Assembly: GCA_048013815.1 (NCBI GenBank)
Contig: CM106586.1
Coordinates: forward strand, 10,106,001 to 10,170,000
Reading direction: 5' to 3'
DNA from: Setoptus koraiensis
Lineage: Eukaryota; Animalia; Arthropoda
DNA: 64,000 bases
Both the position numbers and the translations under genes were made by a program. Below, one piece after another: positions 1 to 12,239 of this stretch. How positions within the stretch are numbered: the first letter of the stretch is position 1; each line of letters opens with the position of its first letter. The notes under the pieces are model-generated. The model was given only the letters and a program-made list of their open reading frames with translations, searched no databases and was not told where the DNA came from.

Positions 1-495
1 ATAATTTTCTATTAAAACTTTTGCCAGTTTTTCCGATAAATTGTCTATGTTAATGAGCGACGCATCGGTGAAGGCCCCTCCCCAGCCTAATACTGTCTGG
101 TACTTTTTAGAGTAATCCAACGTGATCGTGTAGGCGTCAGCTCTTTCTCGACAATCCTGATTATCTCCGGGGCAACCGGTGATTGAATCGTGTGCTGGCT
201 GAGCAACCTTTTCGCTTGGTGAGTGATATAATGAATACCGGTCGCCTGATTTGCTGCTCACCAGTTTCAAGAATTGTCCTGACTCAGGCCAATCAAAGAC
301 AAGATTGTCACAATAATCTACCGAGCATTCACAACTTATCCTGGTAGGATTGTGCGGATCATGATGATGAGGCCGACATTTCTTCATAGTCAAACTCTGT
401 TCTGTCGGATAATTGCATAGTGCCGATGGAATAGTTATGATTATGATTAACTGAACCAAAGTCAACCCAGTTGATATAATTTCTTTTGTTAACAT
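1..495 (-). CDS. GBA: Lysosomal glucosylceramidase (GH30) N-terminal part, truncated by the window edge
   Basis: Manual translation from ATG at 495 is open to base 1: signal peptide MLTKEIISTGLTLVQLIIIITIPSALC, then KKCRP...ISCECSVDYCD and ITLDYSKKYQTVLGWGGAFTDASLINI. These match the GBA motifs VCVCNATYCD and QKVKGFGGAMTDAA. It is absent from the ORF track because there is no stop inside the window. Confidence 0.9.
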   Translation of the reverse strand, partial: MLTKEIISTGLTLVQLIIIITIPSALCNYPTEQSLTMKKCRPHHHDPHNPTRISCECSVDYCDNLVFDWPESGQFLKLVSSKSGDRYSLYHSPSEKVAQPAHDSITGCPGDNQDCRERADAYTITLDYSKKYQTVLGWGGAFTDASLINIDNLSEKLAKVLIENY

Positions 496-1718
496 ATTTG
501 AAGTCTTTTCTCCCACTACCCATCAGAAATAGTTCATGAGAAAGGAGGCCAATGCTGTGAAAAAAAAAACTATTGTTTTGATTGCGCTTACAATTCAAAT
601 AAAAAAAAACTGAAAAATCGATTTTTTTTCCTCATTTTCCGGGGTAATGAATTATGTTTTCTTGCTCCCCAGAAACAGGGGTATTCAGATAAGCCAGAGT
701 CATGTTGAAATGGGCGTCATCAGGAATGAGGTTCACCGGAGGTAGTGATTAAAATCTGACCCTCTCAATGTGTGTATTTATTGTGATTGCACCCGTTTCG
801 GACTCAACTCGCCGAGATCTTCAAGAAAAGACCCGTTAGAAAAAAATCTGAGAGTTCATACTCCCTAGGTTACAGGTGTACCCTAGGTGTACCTTGTGAG
901 CGCCAGCTTTGAATCATTCTGCGGCAGCTACAATGACCAGACACTTCTTATCAATAATAATAATTCATTATTTATAACCATCTTCTCAGGATTGATTTTT
1001 CTTATTATTTCCGCTACTTAGACAACTCCAAGCTCCTTGAGTTTAGCCCTCAACTGCCTTGAGAGGGCCTTGGTTGACATTTGGTTCGTCATCAGATATC
1101 TACGAACCAAATTGTCAATATCTTGAACGAAATCAGTGCAAGGACGCTCAGATGGATCGGTATGTGCCGCTAGATTTCATTTGGAATTCTGTAGCCTCTA
1201 CGACAAGCTCCTCCATAACGGAATTAATTGTGGATCCATCTATGTCCGAGACATCGCTATTAGATGACATGACCACCAAGGCCATGCATATTATTGTTGT
1301 GTCTTTGTTCGGCCTTATACAATCACTTTACTGAATGTATGTGGTGCCTTATGTGGCCTCACAATACAAAGAGATGTATACGGATATGTGTCGCAAATCG
1401 ATTTGAATCGCTTCAATTTCACTACACTCAACAGTACTGTCACTGACAACTTGTGAGTATCGTCACCACAATTACGTAATCCCCCTCTCTGTCCATTCAT
1501 CCATTTCGATGCATCCCCACCAGCTCTGCTATGCAGAATTTGGTGCCCAAAAGTGGTTCAGCCTACGCCCATTTATATATAACGGTAAGTGTGCTGGCCG
1601 GATATTGTTTGGTCGTCGGACAGGATATAAGGATAGCAGGTGCGATAAAATTAGCATGTTAATAACACACAAATTGTATCAAGTGTAAATAAATCTAAGG
1701 ATCTAAGGACTTGACGTG

Positions 1719-2218
1719 NNNNNNNNNNNNNNNNNNNNNNNNNNNNNNNNNNNNNNNNNNNNNNNNNNNNNNNNNNNNNNNNNNNNNNNNNNNNNNNNNN
1801 NNNNNNNNNNNNNNNNNNNNNNNNNNNNNNNNNNNNNNNNNNNNNNNNNNNNNNNNNNNNNNNNNNNNNNNNNNNNNNNNNNNNNNNNNNNNNNNNNNNN
1901 NNNNNNNNNNNNNNNNNNNNNNNNNNNNNNNNNNNNNNNNNNNNNNNNNNNNNNNNNNNNNNNNNNNNNNNNNNNNNNNNNNNNNNNNNNNNNNNNNNNN
2001 NNNNNNNNNNNNNNNNNNNNNNNNNNNNNNNNNNNNNNNNNNNNNNNNNNNNNNNNNNNNNNNNNNNNNNNNNNNNNNNNNNNNNNNNNNNNNNNNNNNN
2101 NNNNNNNNNNNNNNNNNNNNNNNNNNNNNNNNNNNNNNNNNNNNNNNNNNNNNNNNNNNNNNNNNNNNNNNNNNNNNNNNNNNNNNNNNNNNNNNNNNNN
2201 NNNNNNNNNNNNNNNNNN
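1719..2218. other. Assembly gap (500 N)
   Basis: Run of exactly 500 N. Confidence 1.
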
Positions 2219-2620
2219 AAACGTCTAGCAGAACAAATTAAATTTAAGCCCTGAGACAGATTTATATTTATATTATATAGAATTAATAAATATATTGAAA
2301 AAATATATTCAAAGAATAAGAGTTAACGAATAATGAGTTCAACTTCTCGATCTTGTAATCTTGTCATATAAAAAGGTATCAAGTCAATAAACAGCTGTTA
2401 ATGTGTGTGCGAATTGGCACGAGTGAAGAAAGAGCAGAGCGACAAAAAGGATCTTATTTTATACAATCTATATTTTCTATATTTAATGCGTCCTGAGCAC
2501 GATTGTAATGACATAAAAAATTTTGTTTCATCATCATGCCAATCGCAGTAAACTGAATCATCTAGCTATTTATTGATAAAAGATATCGTCTTCAATTTTT
2601 AGCGAGCAAATGATACCGTT

Positions 2621-4244
2621 ATGATGGAAAGATTAGCAACTCAACTAGCAACAACAGCAACAACAACAATTATGAACCAAGAGGATACTAGCAACAGTGC
2701 TCTAGGATCCTTCAAAAGTCTAACTAGACAAAACAATGAAAGCGGTGGTGCCACTTTCGACGGAAATTCAACCGAAAAGAAAAGTGTGAAAAAACATTAC
2801 CATTTTCTTCCGTCTCCGTCTGGGAAGCCTCAGTTAACTACAATTGGAAACAATTTAGCATCGTTGCAGTACATCATTCAACAAAAAGAAGCTGAGATAA
2901 ACAATTTGAAGCAAATTGTCATGGCTCACATGAAACTTATAGATTCACTGAGGGAAAACGAACACGAGCGAACAAAAGAAATCAAACAGAAATCTCAAAC
3001 AATTGATGCTTTATTGAGTAAAATAGATGATTTAACAAAACAACAACAATGTAGCTGTAATTCTAATAATTGCTCATCAAACCCAGAATCAAATCAGCAA
3101 CAACAAGCTAGAATTAGTGTTCAAGCATCTGTGGATCAATCGAAAATGGAAAAAGAGGAAGATGGCGCTTCCATTACTTACACTTCGAGTAGCCATATTA
3201 ATTATGGCAAGCGCATTATAGAGGCTGCATCGTCAACACCAATTGATCAATGTATTGGCTCGAAAAAAGTAAAAAAGTCTCAATCTAAGGAGTCTGATGT
3301 GCACAAAATTACTAATGATGACGTCTCGGTATTATCTAGGGTCAAGATCAAGCCCAAGATTACTAACAAAAGAATGCGTCCGTCCTCGCACGAAAAAATT
3401 GTAGCTAAAAATCCATCAACTAATCTGACTGATGAGGAGTATTATTCAGCGCAGAACTCGAAAAATATGCCTGCTCAAAGCTCAAATCTCAATGGTGTAA
3501 CCAACATTATTAATATTTATGATCAAAAAGACGATTGCGAGAATGATGATCTATGTTTCTTCACCACCCAAGACGATTATGAGATATTCTCAGTGATGAA
3601 TAATTATGAAATGGATGGACCAAGAGAGAATAACACCATCTTACCTGTGAATGATAGTAGAGCCAATTCACCTGAACCTGTTGATCAAATTGAAGTGCCC
3701 AGTTGGAGAATTAATCATCTCATACCATCAACCGACGATGAATTATTAGAAAATCTTGATGATGATACTTATAATCGTAGACATATGAAACACGAGATCG
3801 AGGAAAGGCGTCGAAAACGTTGGGACTTACAGAGGTTAAGAGATCAGCAGCTAAAGATGAAACACGGAAATACGCAACTGTATACCAGAAGGGATAAATC
3901 TCTACAAAATGATGACCTCGTCGAATCGGATGATGAATCCAAATTTAAGTCGTTCTTTCCAAGTGTCACAGACGTGCGTTTTATTGAGATCAATAATGAA
4001 ATACCTGTAGTAGCCTTCGGCAGGCCAGTTCCAAAAATTAGCAACAAGTAAGTAAAGAAGAGTAGTTATACAGTATGTTTCTTTCACCATTATTATCATG
4101 CTTTTGAAAACAAAAAGTATAGACATCACATAACAATAATATTTCTCTCTTATAAACACCATTTCTATCCACAGGTGGTTTTCTTTTCCTGGATCAGAAA
4201 GTGGCTCGGACGCAAGACCGTCAAAGCCGTTGATAGCTCGTTGA
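2621..4244 (+). CDS. MSL1: Male-specific lethal 1 homolog (coiled coil + PEHE domain); predicted exons 2621-4047 and 4175-4244
   Basis: PEHE motifs EVPSWR...LENLDDDTYNRRHMKHEIEERRRKRWDLQRLRDQ and SFFP...IPVVAFGRPVPK. GTAAGT donor at 4048 and TCCACAG acceptor at 4174 give a phase-consistent last exon (KWFSFPGS...IAR*). Confidence 0.88.
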
Positions 4245-4638
4245 AAATTGAGATATTTTCCATTCAGATTATATGCTTGTTACGAAATATTATAGATTTT
4301 ATCATACTAGCCTCTCGAATACACCAAGTTGAAACGCACCATAACAAGGATTTGTGACATTTAATGACATCGTCTTCTACCAATACAATGTGACAAATAT
4401 CTAGCGATACCGTTCAAATCAATCATGAAGAAAGGAAAGTGTTGTGCATTATGAATAAGCTTTGTCGCAATAAAAGCATCTCGTGCATTTGAAAACTCCT
4501 TAGCGCTACCAGAAATTTAACGCTTTGACTCATAGTGACTGGTTTTATGTATACATGCAAGACTAGATTTTGCAAGTTCAATTTAATGATAAAAATGCCG
4601 CATAAACTCTGCAATCGCATGTACTCGATTACAAATGG

Positions 4639-6291
4639 TTATCGTCTATTGTAATTATCTACTTGAGTGGGACTTCTTGACCTTGAGTTGTAGTGTGGAT
4701 GTAGGGGATTAGCCTCGGATAAGTAGGAGAAAGGACGGTTATGTCTGTCAAAATTGCTTCTACCTAAGTATAGATGCTGATCAGAGCCCCTGGAGAATGA
4801 CGATGTGGAGTTATTGTTCATTAGTGTCATTTGTGCTGCTGGCACTGTACTAATTTCGCGCTGCTGTGATTGGAGATTAGCTGTAGAACCTGGCCTATCT
4901 AAATATTCAAATGGTCTGTGATTTAGAGGCCTCAGAATCACTTGTTCAGGTAGCGTCAATTCAGTGTTATCTTTGAGATGGCGCCTATCTAGACTTTGTG
5001 TCGAATAAGTCATCCCCGGTACCTTGGGAACAACATTGCCTTGTGTCCTGTTGTCATAATCTTGTTCCAAGTAATAGTCATTCATGTAGGCAGGATCCAT
5101 CACAGATTGATGCTTTTGATTGGCAGAGATGATGTCACAACCGTATTGATTATTGTTGTTCCGGTGGCTCGGATGGTGTCCGATTCTATAATGTCTGTGG
5201 TTGATATCACAATCTGCACATTCCGTTAAATCATCTCTGACAAAATTTGATTTGGCAATGCTCAGTCTATTTGCTGGTGGAACTGACTCCAGTTGTCTAA
5301 CATGGTCGTATCGGTCCGCTTGTAGTGTTAAAGATGGAAAGTGAGGACTTGAGAATACTGGATTTATTGTAGTTGATAGTGAGTCGCCTATGAAGTAAGG
5401 TGAGTCATATCCATTAAATCTGGTTGCATCGAATCTGAAGAACTGCTAAACTCATCATGAAGTGTGATAACAACAAGTTGATTTAGGTTATGTAAGACGA
5501 AAAAAGAAAATAAGTGGTCAGAGTCAATAATGATTGAAGATGACACAAGGAGCAATACTGATAGTTGTGGAAAGCGCGTGGTTGGTGGCAGAGTTTTGAG
5601 GTTAGTTGTCAGGCTAATTCAACTTACGCTTTTTTCAAACTTCCAATCCTTGTAGAGCTGATGGCCCTTAAAGATAAATATCACATCCAGGACGGCACGA
5701 ATAGCGTAAAATATCAATTCTGTTTGCCCATTGCGGCTGTCGATTCCCTGTGTTCAAAAGAAGAAGTTATTAGGGTCATTATACAATTAGTATGAGTTTA
5801 TGGTAGCGATGACGTTGAGTAATGAGAAATGTCTTGTACATTTGTTTGTGTGACAGATGATAGATATAATTACAAATCAAACTACATGTAACGTTAATAA
5901 CAATAGTAGTGAAATGAAATGTGAGAGAGAAAGTACTTACCCACTCATAGATGGCAACATAGACTACTAGCCCAAACTCTGGCAAATAGAGCACCATCTT
6001 TATTGTGAGCCATATTATTATGCACATGTTGGAGCGCATTATTAATGCCACAATCAATACTAATGATGATAAAAATATTATAAAGTATAATATTGCAATG
6101 GCTAAACATGCTAAAGCTAGTTGAGATTTGGCCTTGGACAGAAAATCTATACCAAGTGCGGCGTCGCCCCGTTTTGCCAAGTCAATAATAAATAGTATCT
6201 CAATTGTGAATGCACTTAGATAGGCCACAAAAGCATAAATCGCACCTAGAAGCGTATAAAACTCGTTTCTGGCTCGACTTTCGTAGCGCAT
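4639..6291 (-). CDS. Four-transmembrane membrane protein with a long cytoplasmic tail, family not recognised; exons 6291-5941, 5747-5628, 5442-4639 (~424 aa)
   Basis: Two canonical GTAAGT..CAG phase-0 introns join ORF 5779-6291, a 120-bp exon (GIDSRNGQTELIFYAIRAVLDVIFIFKGHQLYKDWKFEKS) and an exon running into ORF 4639-5103. Four hydrophobic segments are present. Confidence 0.8.
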
Positions 6292-9200
6292 CGTGAATGA
6301 TTTTGTTTGTTAAAAGGTTACAACGACAATAAGAGGGTTGCTGGTGTTGATTGTCGTCCTAAGATGATGAGTTGCGTGGTATAATAAAAGTTGAATAAAA
6401 CTTCTCGACAAATGATGGTGGGCAGTCATTGAGGGAGCCCAAATTACGATAATAAGGAAGTGTGAAAGGAACGGATATTTGATTTTATGCCTCTGATGAT
6501 AGCGGTCGTCGTTTCACTGATGCATTTTTTGATCTTGTTGTTGTTTTTATTCTGGCCGACTGCCGATAGCGATGTCACTGTATCACGATAGTAATTATTT
6601 GTGGTAATTGGTGTATTTAATGTATTAGGTGCCCGGGAGAAATATATTAAATGGATATTGATCCTCTTCTGAAGGGATCCACGCTATAGTTGTATCGCCA
6701 AAATATTATCAACAACAATAATAACAATTTCGTGTGATAGACAACAGTTTGTTGTTGAGCAGTGTGTAAGTGTGTGCGTGCTTGCGTGCGTTATTGTCGG
6801 ATGGCACAATTGCAGTTAGCTATACTTGGCGGTTAATTTGGCGGTCACAACAATCACACGTTTGGTGCGTAACATTGACACCAAGCTACTATTTGTTATA
6901 GTATGGTGATAATAGTAATTCAATATGGGCTATATCAATCAATAATTACTAATATTATTATAATAAGCTATTCATTTGTAAATTATCCATTCTATTCCAT
7001 TCATCGGTGGCATCACTAATGGACAAGAGAGCGAGCGGCAATGAGTTTGGGATGGCACTCACGTTTAAAGCGTTAGTAATAAAATATTGGTAATATATGT
7101 AATTGGTAGAACAATAATAATATTTGGTACATGATATTGTTGTTTTAGTTGACGACTATCTGTTGTGGATTGAAATACAGAAGCGAACGGCCGTGACGTG
7201 CTTAATTGGATATGGCTTTACAGGGAGGTGGCAATAGTTTGTTTGCTGTTTAGCAATAATATTATGATGTTACTAGGATAATTGCCATAACAATTACCGT
7301 ATGGAATCAAGTGCATTACCATTTAGATTGCCGCATGATGTGAACTCGGGCCAGTGTTTGGTATACTTGTGTGTTCACTTGGAATAGATTTGAACTCGCT
7401 TGCCAACTTGCTAGACGGCACCAGCAGCAAGTAGCATCGCCCAGACTATTTGTCTAATATCTTATCGTCTTTTGTCGTTTCGTTCAGGGCGCACACATGA
7501 CGAATCAACATGTAAACCATAGAAATGATTCTTCCTCGTCAATTGTTTATTAGCTCCACTCCAATCAACTGGCATCTACGGCCAATCTGTGACCGATGTT
7601 GTTGTTTCTCTATTGTACTACTATTGCTGCTGGCTTTAGAGCGGCGCAAAAATGCTCAACGTTTCCTAGATTGGATATGTTGTCGGATATGGACGCTGCC
7701 ACTGCTGGACAAGTTGCTGTGTGCGATATGCTTATCAAAACTACCACTATATAACTCATGAAATAACAATAATAATCAGCATCATCATCGGCAGCATCGA
7801 CGTCGTCATCACGACAGTAACATACGAATGCAGCAGTTTTACATTACTATACATTTGCTTTATTCATATTGGTCGACGTGAAGAGGATTTTCATTATTAC
7901 TATTAATGTTATTATGCAGCACTTGTCATGTACGTTTAAGGAAGATTATTTAACTCTCTGGGAGTTATCGCCGGCTCACAACTGGCGATTGGGGGTAGAC
8001 GCTTGCTGGAGATTGCTGCAAAGAAACAATTTGATGCCAGTTGGAGGCTTCGATGGCAGTTATTTCACTGTGATGGTGGCTGGCTAACCACTACCGTTTG
8101 TTGTTGTCTGTGTCTCGGCTAGTCGACTGTTGTTTGGATACTCTCTCTCTCTCTATGCGTGCGTCGGATATGAATGAGCCAAGTTAGACAATAGCTCGCT
8201 AAAAACAACGACGAATTGAACGGTGCAGTTGCTGTTGAATTTGTTGTCATTTCATCTGAAGCGCCACCATTAATTTAATATCTAACTAAAGGACTATGAT
8301 GGTACTAACACCGGAATAACACACGGAGTCTCTCTGTATTTATCTAACCAGCCTATCTATCGTTCTCTGTCATTGGATACAATTGAACTGGAACAGCATG
8401 TGTGAGCCGCAAATGGTGGCCGCTTCCATCGGCGAGATGGGCCTATGTGTTTTTGGAGCAACTTCTGGGCTTTGGATTATTTTATTATTTGCTAACTGCT
8501 TCATAAAAGTTTGTTTGTTCATTGTGTTGTTGTCGTTCCATTAGAACATCAGCAGCAGCAACAACAGCAGCAGCAACAACAACAACAACGACAACAACAC
8601 GGCAACAACCGAAAGAAGGTGGTACCATTATAATGATAAATCAAGCTGCCATGGAATGAATTTAGATGACATTGAATTTATGCTGGTTAGGCGTGGTTTT
8701 GCGAATTCCGTTAACTGCAATTACGTCGGGATGGACACCATCATCATTACACCCAGTGTGTATAGTGGTAGTGTCATAATAATCAGTGTGTAATCATCAA
8801 TGGATTGCGCGCGCACCACCGACCAACACACAACTTGTTAACTTTTCAACTCTAATTAGTTGAATGAGCAAACTATTACTTGACAGCGAGCGAGACACTA
8901 GACACTTGATATGAGCAAAGGAGCCGCGATTGGCACTTGGCACTTGCATTGCTATCACAAACACACTCACCTGTTGATTGCATTTGCATAAGCGCAATTA
9001 GCCCAGCCGAGAGAGAGAGCGTCGTGCCATCCCGAGCCTTTTACCTCTTATAACAGCCTTTGGTACCTTTGGTATCTTGTATCTTGTATCGGCGGTTATT
9101 TCTGGCTGACGGACAGCATGGCATGACAGAGCGACAGCTTTAGCGTTAGCAATAAGTGTCTTGAGAGATATAATTAACATCTCGACCTAATCACGACACA

Positions 9201-11061
9201 GGCTGCCATTGTGTGCGCTAATGATCGATGATCCTCGTAAAAAATTCAAAACTCAGAATACCGCCAATGGACAAACTATTATTAATACATGGAAATTGTT
9301 GTTTAAAGCGCCTTTTGCGGACATCGTGTTTAACACTGTCGCGTTGGTCAGAGCTGGCTGACTGGCTGTGAGTATCGCCCGCCTGAACTGTTTGGCCGGG
9401 CAAAAAGGTGACCAAGTTACCTGTTGGTGTATGACGCGCGAGCAAAGTCGAGCGAGTGGCATGCACAAGCCAAGATGATTGGAACAACTTTTATTTGCTA
9501 AGATCGGAATTATGAGTCAAGTGGTGGTGGTGGTGGCGGTGGCGGCGGCGGCGGCAGCCATTAGCGGAGTTGTTGATATCAGTCAAGCAGGCCCTTAAAA
9601 AGGTTAAATAGATCTAATGGTGATGAATTTTTGAATGACGAGCGACTTGAGAGTGAAATGAGAAGAAGTTGTTGAAGAGGGCGATATTTTCATGAAACTT
9701 TTTGTCGGCCCGTCCACAGCTTGTAACGGCGCTCAACCAAGCAAGCCGCCATTTGTTGTTGTTCCGCGTAGACGCATGACATGAAGTTGGAAGATGAGAG
9801 TTTCCCTTGAGCCAACATTCTCGTTCAAACTCTCTCTTTCTCTCTCGTTATCGTCGAAAGTCGGCGCCCAATCACACGCCGGCAACAATGACGACGACGA
9901 CAACGACGACGACGACGACGACGCATCTCATTAATGAGACTCCATCCGGAATGCTCACACGCACAATTAAAAGGCAATCTCTCCATATCGAAACTATTTG
10001 CCAATACTGGCAGACAGGTTGTTAACGGTGGCCATAAACATGTGTGCTTTTTCTCTCGCCAGCCGTCGAGCTCAGTCAGGCCTTTTATGTAAATTTTAAT
10101 GACTGTGTGTCGCTTTTTGTCGACAACACTTGTGTCGGAGTCAGCAACAACAACGGCAGCAACAACGGCAACACCTGAATACATTGGGTCAAGTCTCGCG
10201 AGTCAATTCAATTACGTCTGCACACTTGATTATCGTCGTGATTATCTAACCGATAACAAGCCAATCCAACAGGTGATGCCAGTCACTGACATGCAAGTTC
10301 TTCAACCTCACAAAGTATCTTTCGCTTGGCCATCGAGCCATCCAGTCGTGAGATCTGTCACTGGCTCTGGCAGACAGAGCGACAGTTACAAACACAAAGA
10401 ATTACTTTCCCTGTTTAGCGAGGACACAATGCGAACGGAGTTGTGGAGAATTTTGTCTTTTTTCATTTTGTCTCACTCATTGTGTCACCTGTGTTTCTAT
10501 TAGTGTCCCATATACTGACAATTGTGCCAGCAACAATCGCAGATAACGGTCGCATCGTATCGCTGGCTACTAGCAACAGTTGTTTCCGAGCCGCTCAACA
10601 GCAGGCGGCGACGCTGGCGCCATCGACAGGCGACTATGACAAGTGAAATTTGTTGAAAATTTGCCTCGTTACATAAGCGTGTTGCTACTATTACGCGACA
10701 ATTTATGCAAGTAACCATAAATAACGTACAATCACGTACATTTGAAGTTCATGCAGGGAGAGGGAGAGAGAGAGAGGGAGATAGCTCACAAGGTAAACCT
10801 CCCTGGGTGGACACTCAGAATACACCCACTATAGCCTCTCTGGACTCTCCAGTGTACCGAGAACAAGAATACGCTAGTCTCGTCCCCAACTTCGGCCAAA
10901 AAAATTCTAGATTTTTCTTCGTATTTTCTGAAATTAGACCAAGTATTTGGATCCACAATTGTCCCTAAAGCATCTACGGATGGTGCTTGGGGTGGAAGAT
11001 AAACTTCAGAAACTATCAGGTAAAAACCGGAATTTAGGGCCTCAGAGGGGCCTCAAAACTA

Positions 11062-11172
11062 CTGCATAACACAATTACCACTGCTACAACTACCACTGTT
11101 TCTACTACTACTGCTTCTACTACTACTACTGCTTTTACTATTACTACTGCTACCATTACTACTGCTACTACT
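11062..11172 (+). repeat. Degenerate (ACT/GCT)n trinucleotide microsatellite
   Basis: Visible actactactgct... array. Confidence 0.85.
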
Positions 11173-11222
11173 AAAAAAAAATGCCAAAACGCACACGCAC
11201 CCTTTTCAACCCCCAAGATAAC

Positions 11223-11545
<323 letters not shown>

Positions 11546-12131
11546 TAATTTGGATAACTTCCCTCCCTGTCAGGCCGAAAGAGATCCCGAGCTCATTCAA
11601 CACAAGCTCGAAATCGAGTCGTAAGAGATATTATTTTTTTCATTTATGTATATATTAAATTACACAGAATGTTTTTAAGTCTACTGATATGACCAAACAA
11701 GAATGCCTGTTTCGCTTCTTTTCTTCTCATTGAATATCCCATCTCTATCTGTCACAATAATGTGAATAGGCCGATCCAGTCTCGCTGTGAGAAAATGTTT
11801 TCCTTGGCAAGATTCTCGTTTCCGGCGTACCGAGGGTATTTGTTGTTGACACTCGGGCAGCCAATGATCATTGTAAAGTGACGACACACTGTCCTCCAGA
11901 TCACGTATCGCCTTCGGCAGGTGAGATTTTCTGGCTGTGTCAGTTGTTTGGTAGTAGTGACGCTTTGTTCGTAATGCAGTTAAGCTCGCTCGCCGCTAAT
12001 AACCGTTGGCATGTCAATAATATCCGAAGCCGGCCAGCAGCCGTCATATTGATCGAGAACAAGGGTACGCAAATGGGTATTGGACAGAATGCCCGTCAAC
12101 TGGTGCACCCATTTGTCGTCTGTCAACGTTA

Positions 12132-12239
12132 AGGGGGCACCTCCTCTACGAAAATGGGTTGCCCCTGACACGCCCACAGAGGGTATTCAGATGCCCCATG
12201 TGCATGCAGACGGCCTCAAAAACAAAGAGGATCCGGCTC
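12132..12239 (+). pseudogene. Decayed RING finger remnant 2 (C-terminal half)
   Basis: RGHLLYENGLPLTRPQRVFRCPMCMQTASKTKRIRL resembles CGHxxCxxC...CPxC with the first three Cys positions substituted. Confidence 0.45.

Noticed and set aside
1711-2241. Two ORFs of 170-176 aa in the track
   Set aside because: They are translations of the N gap.
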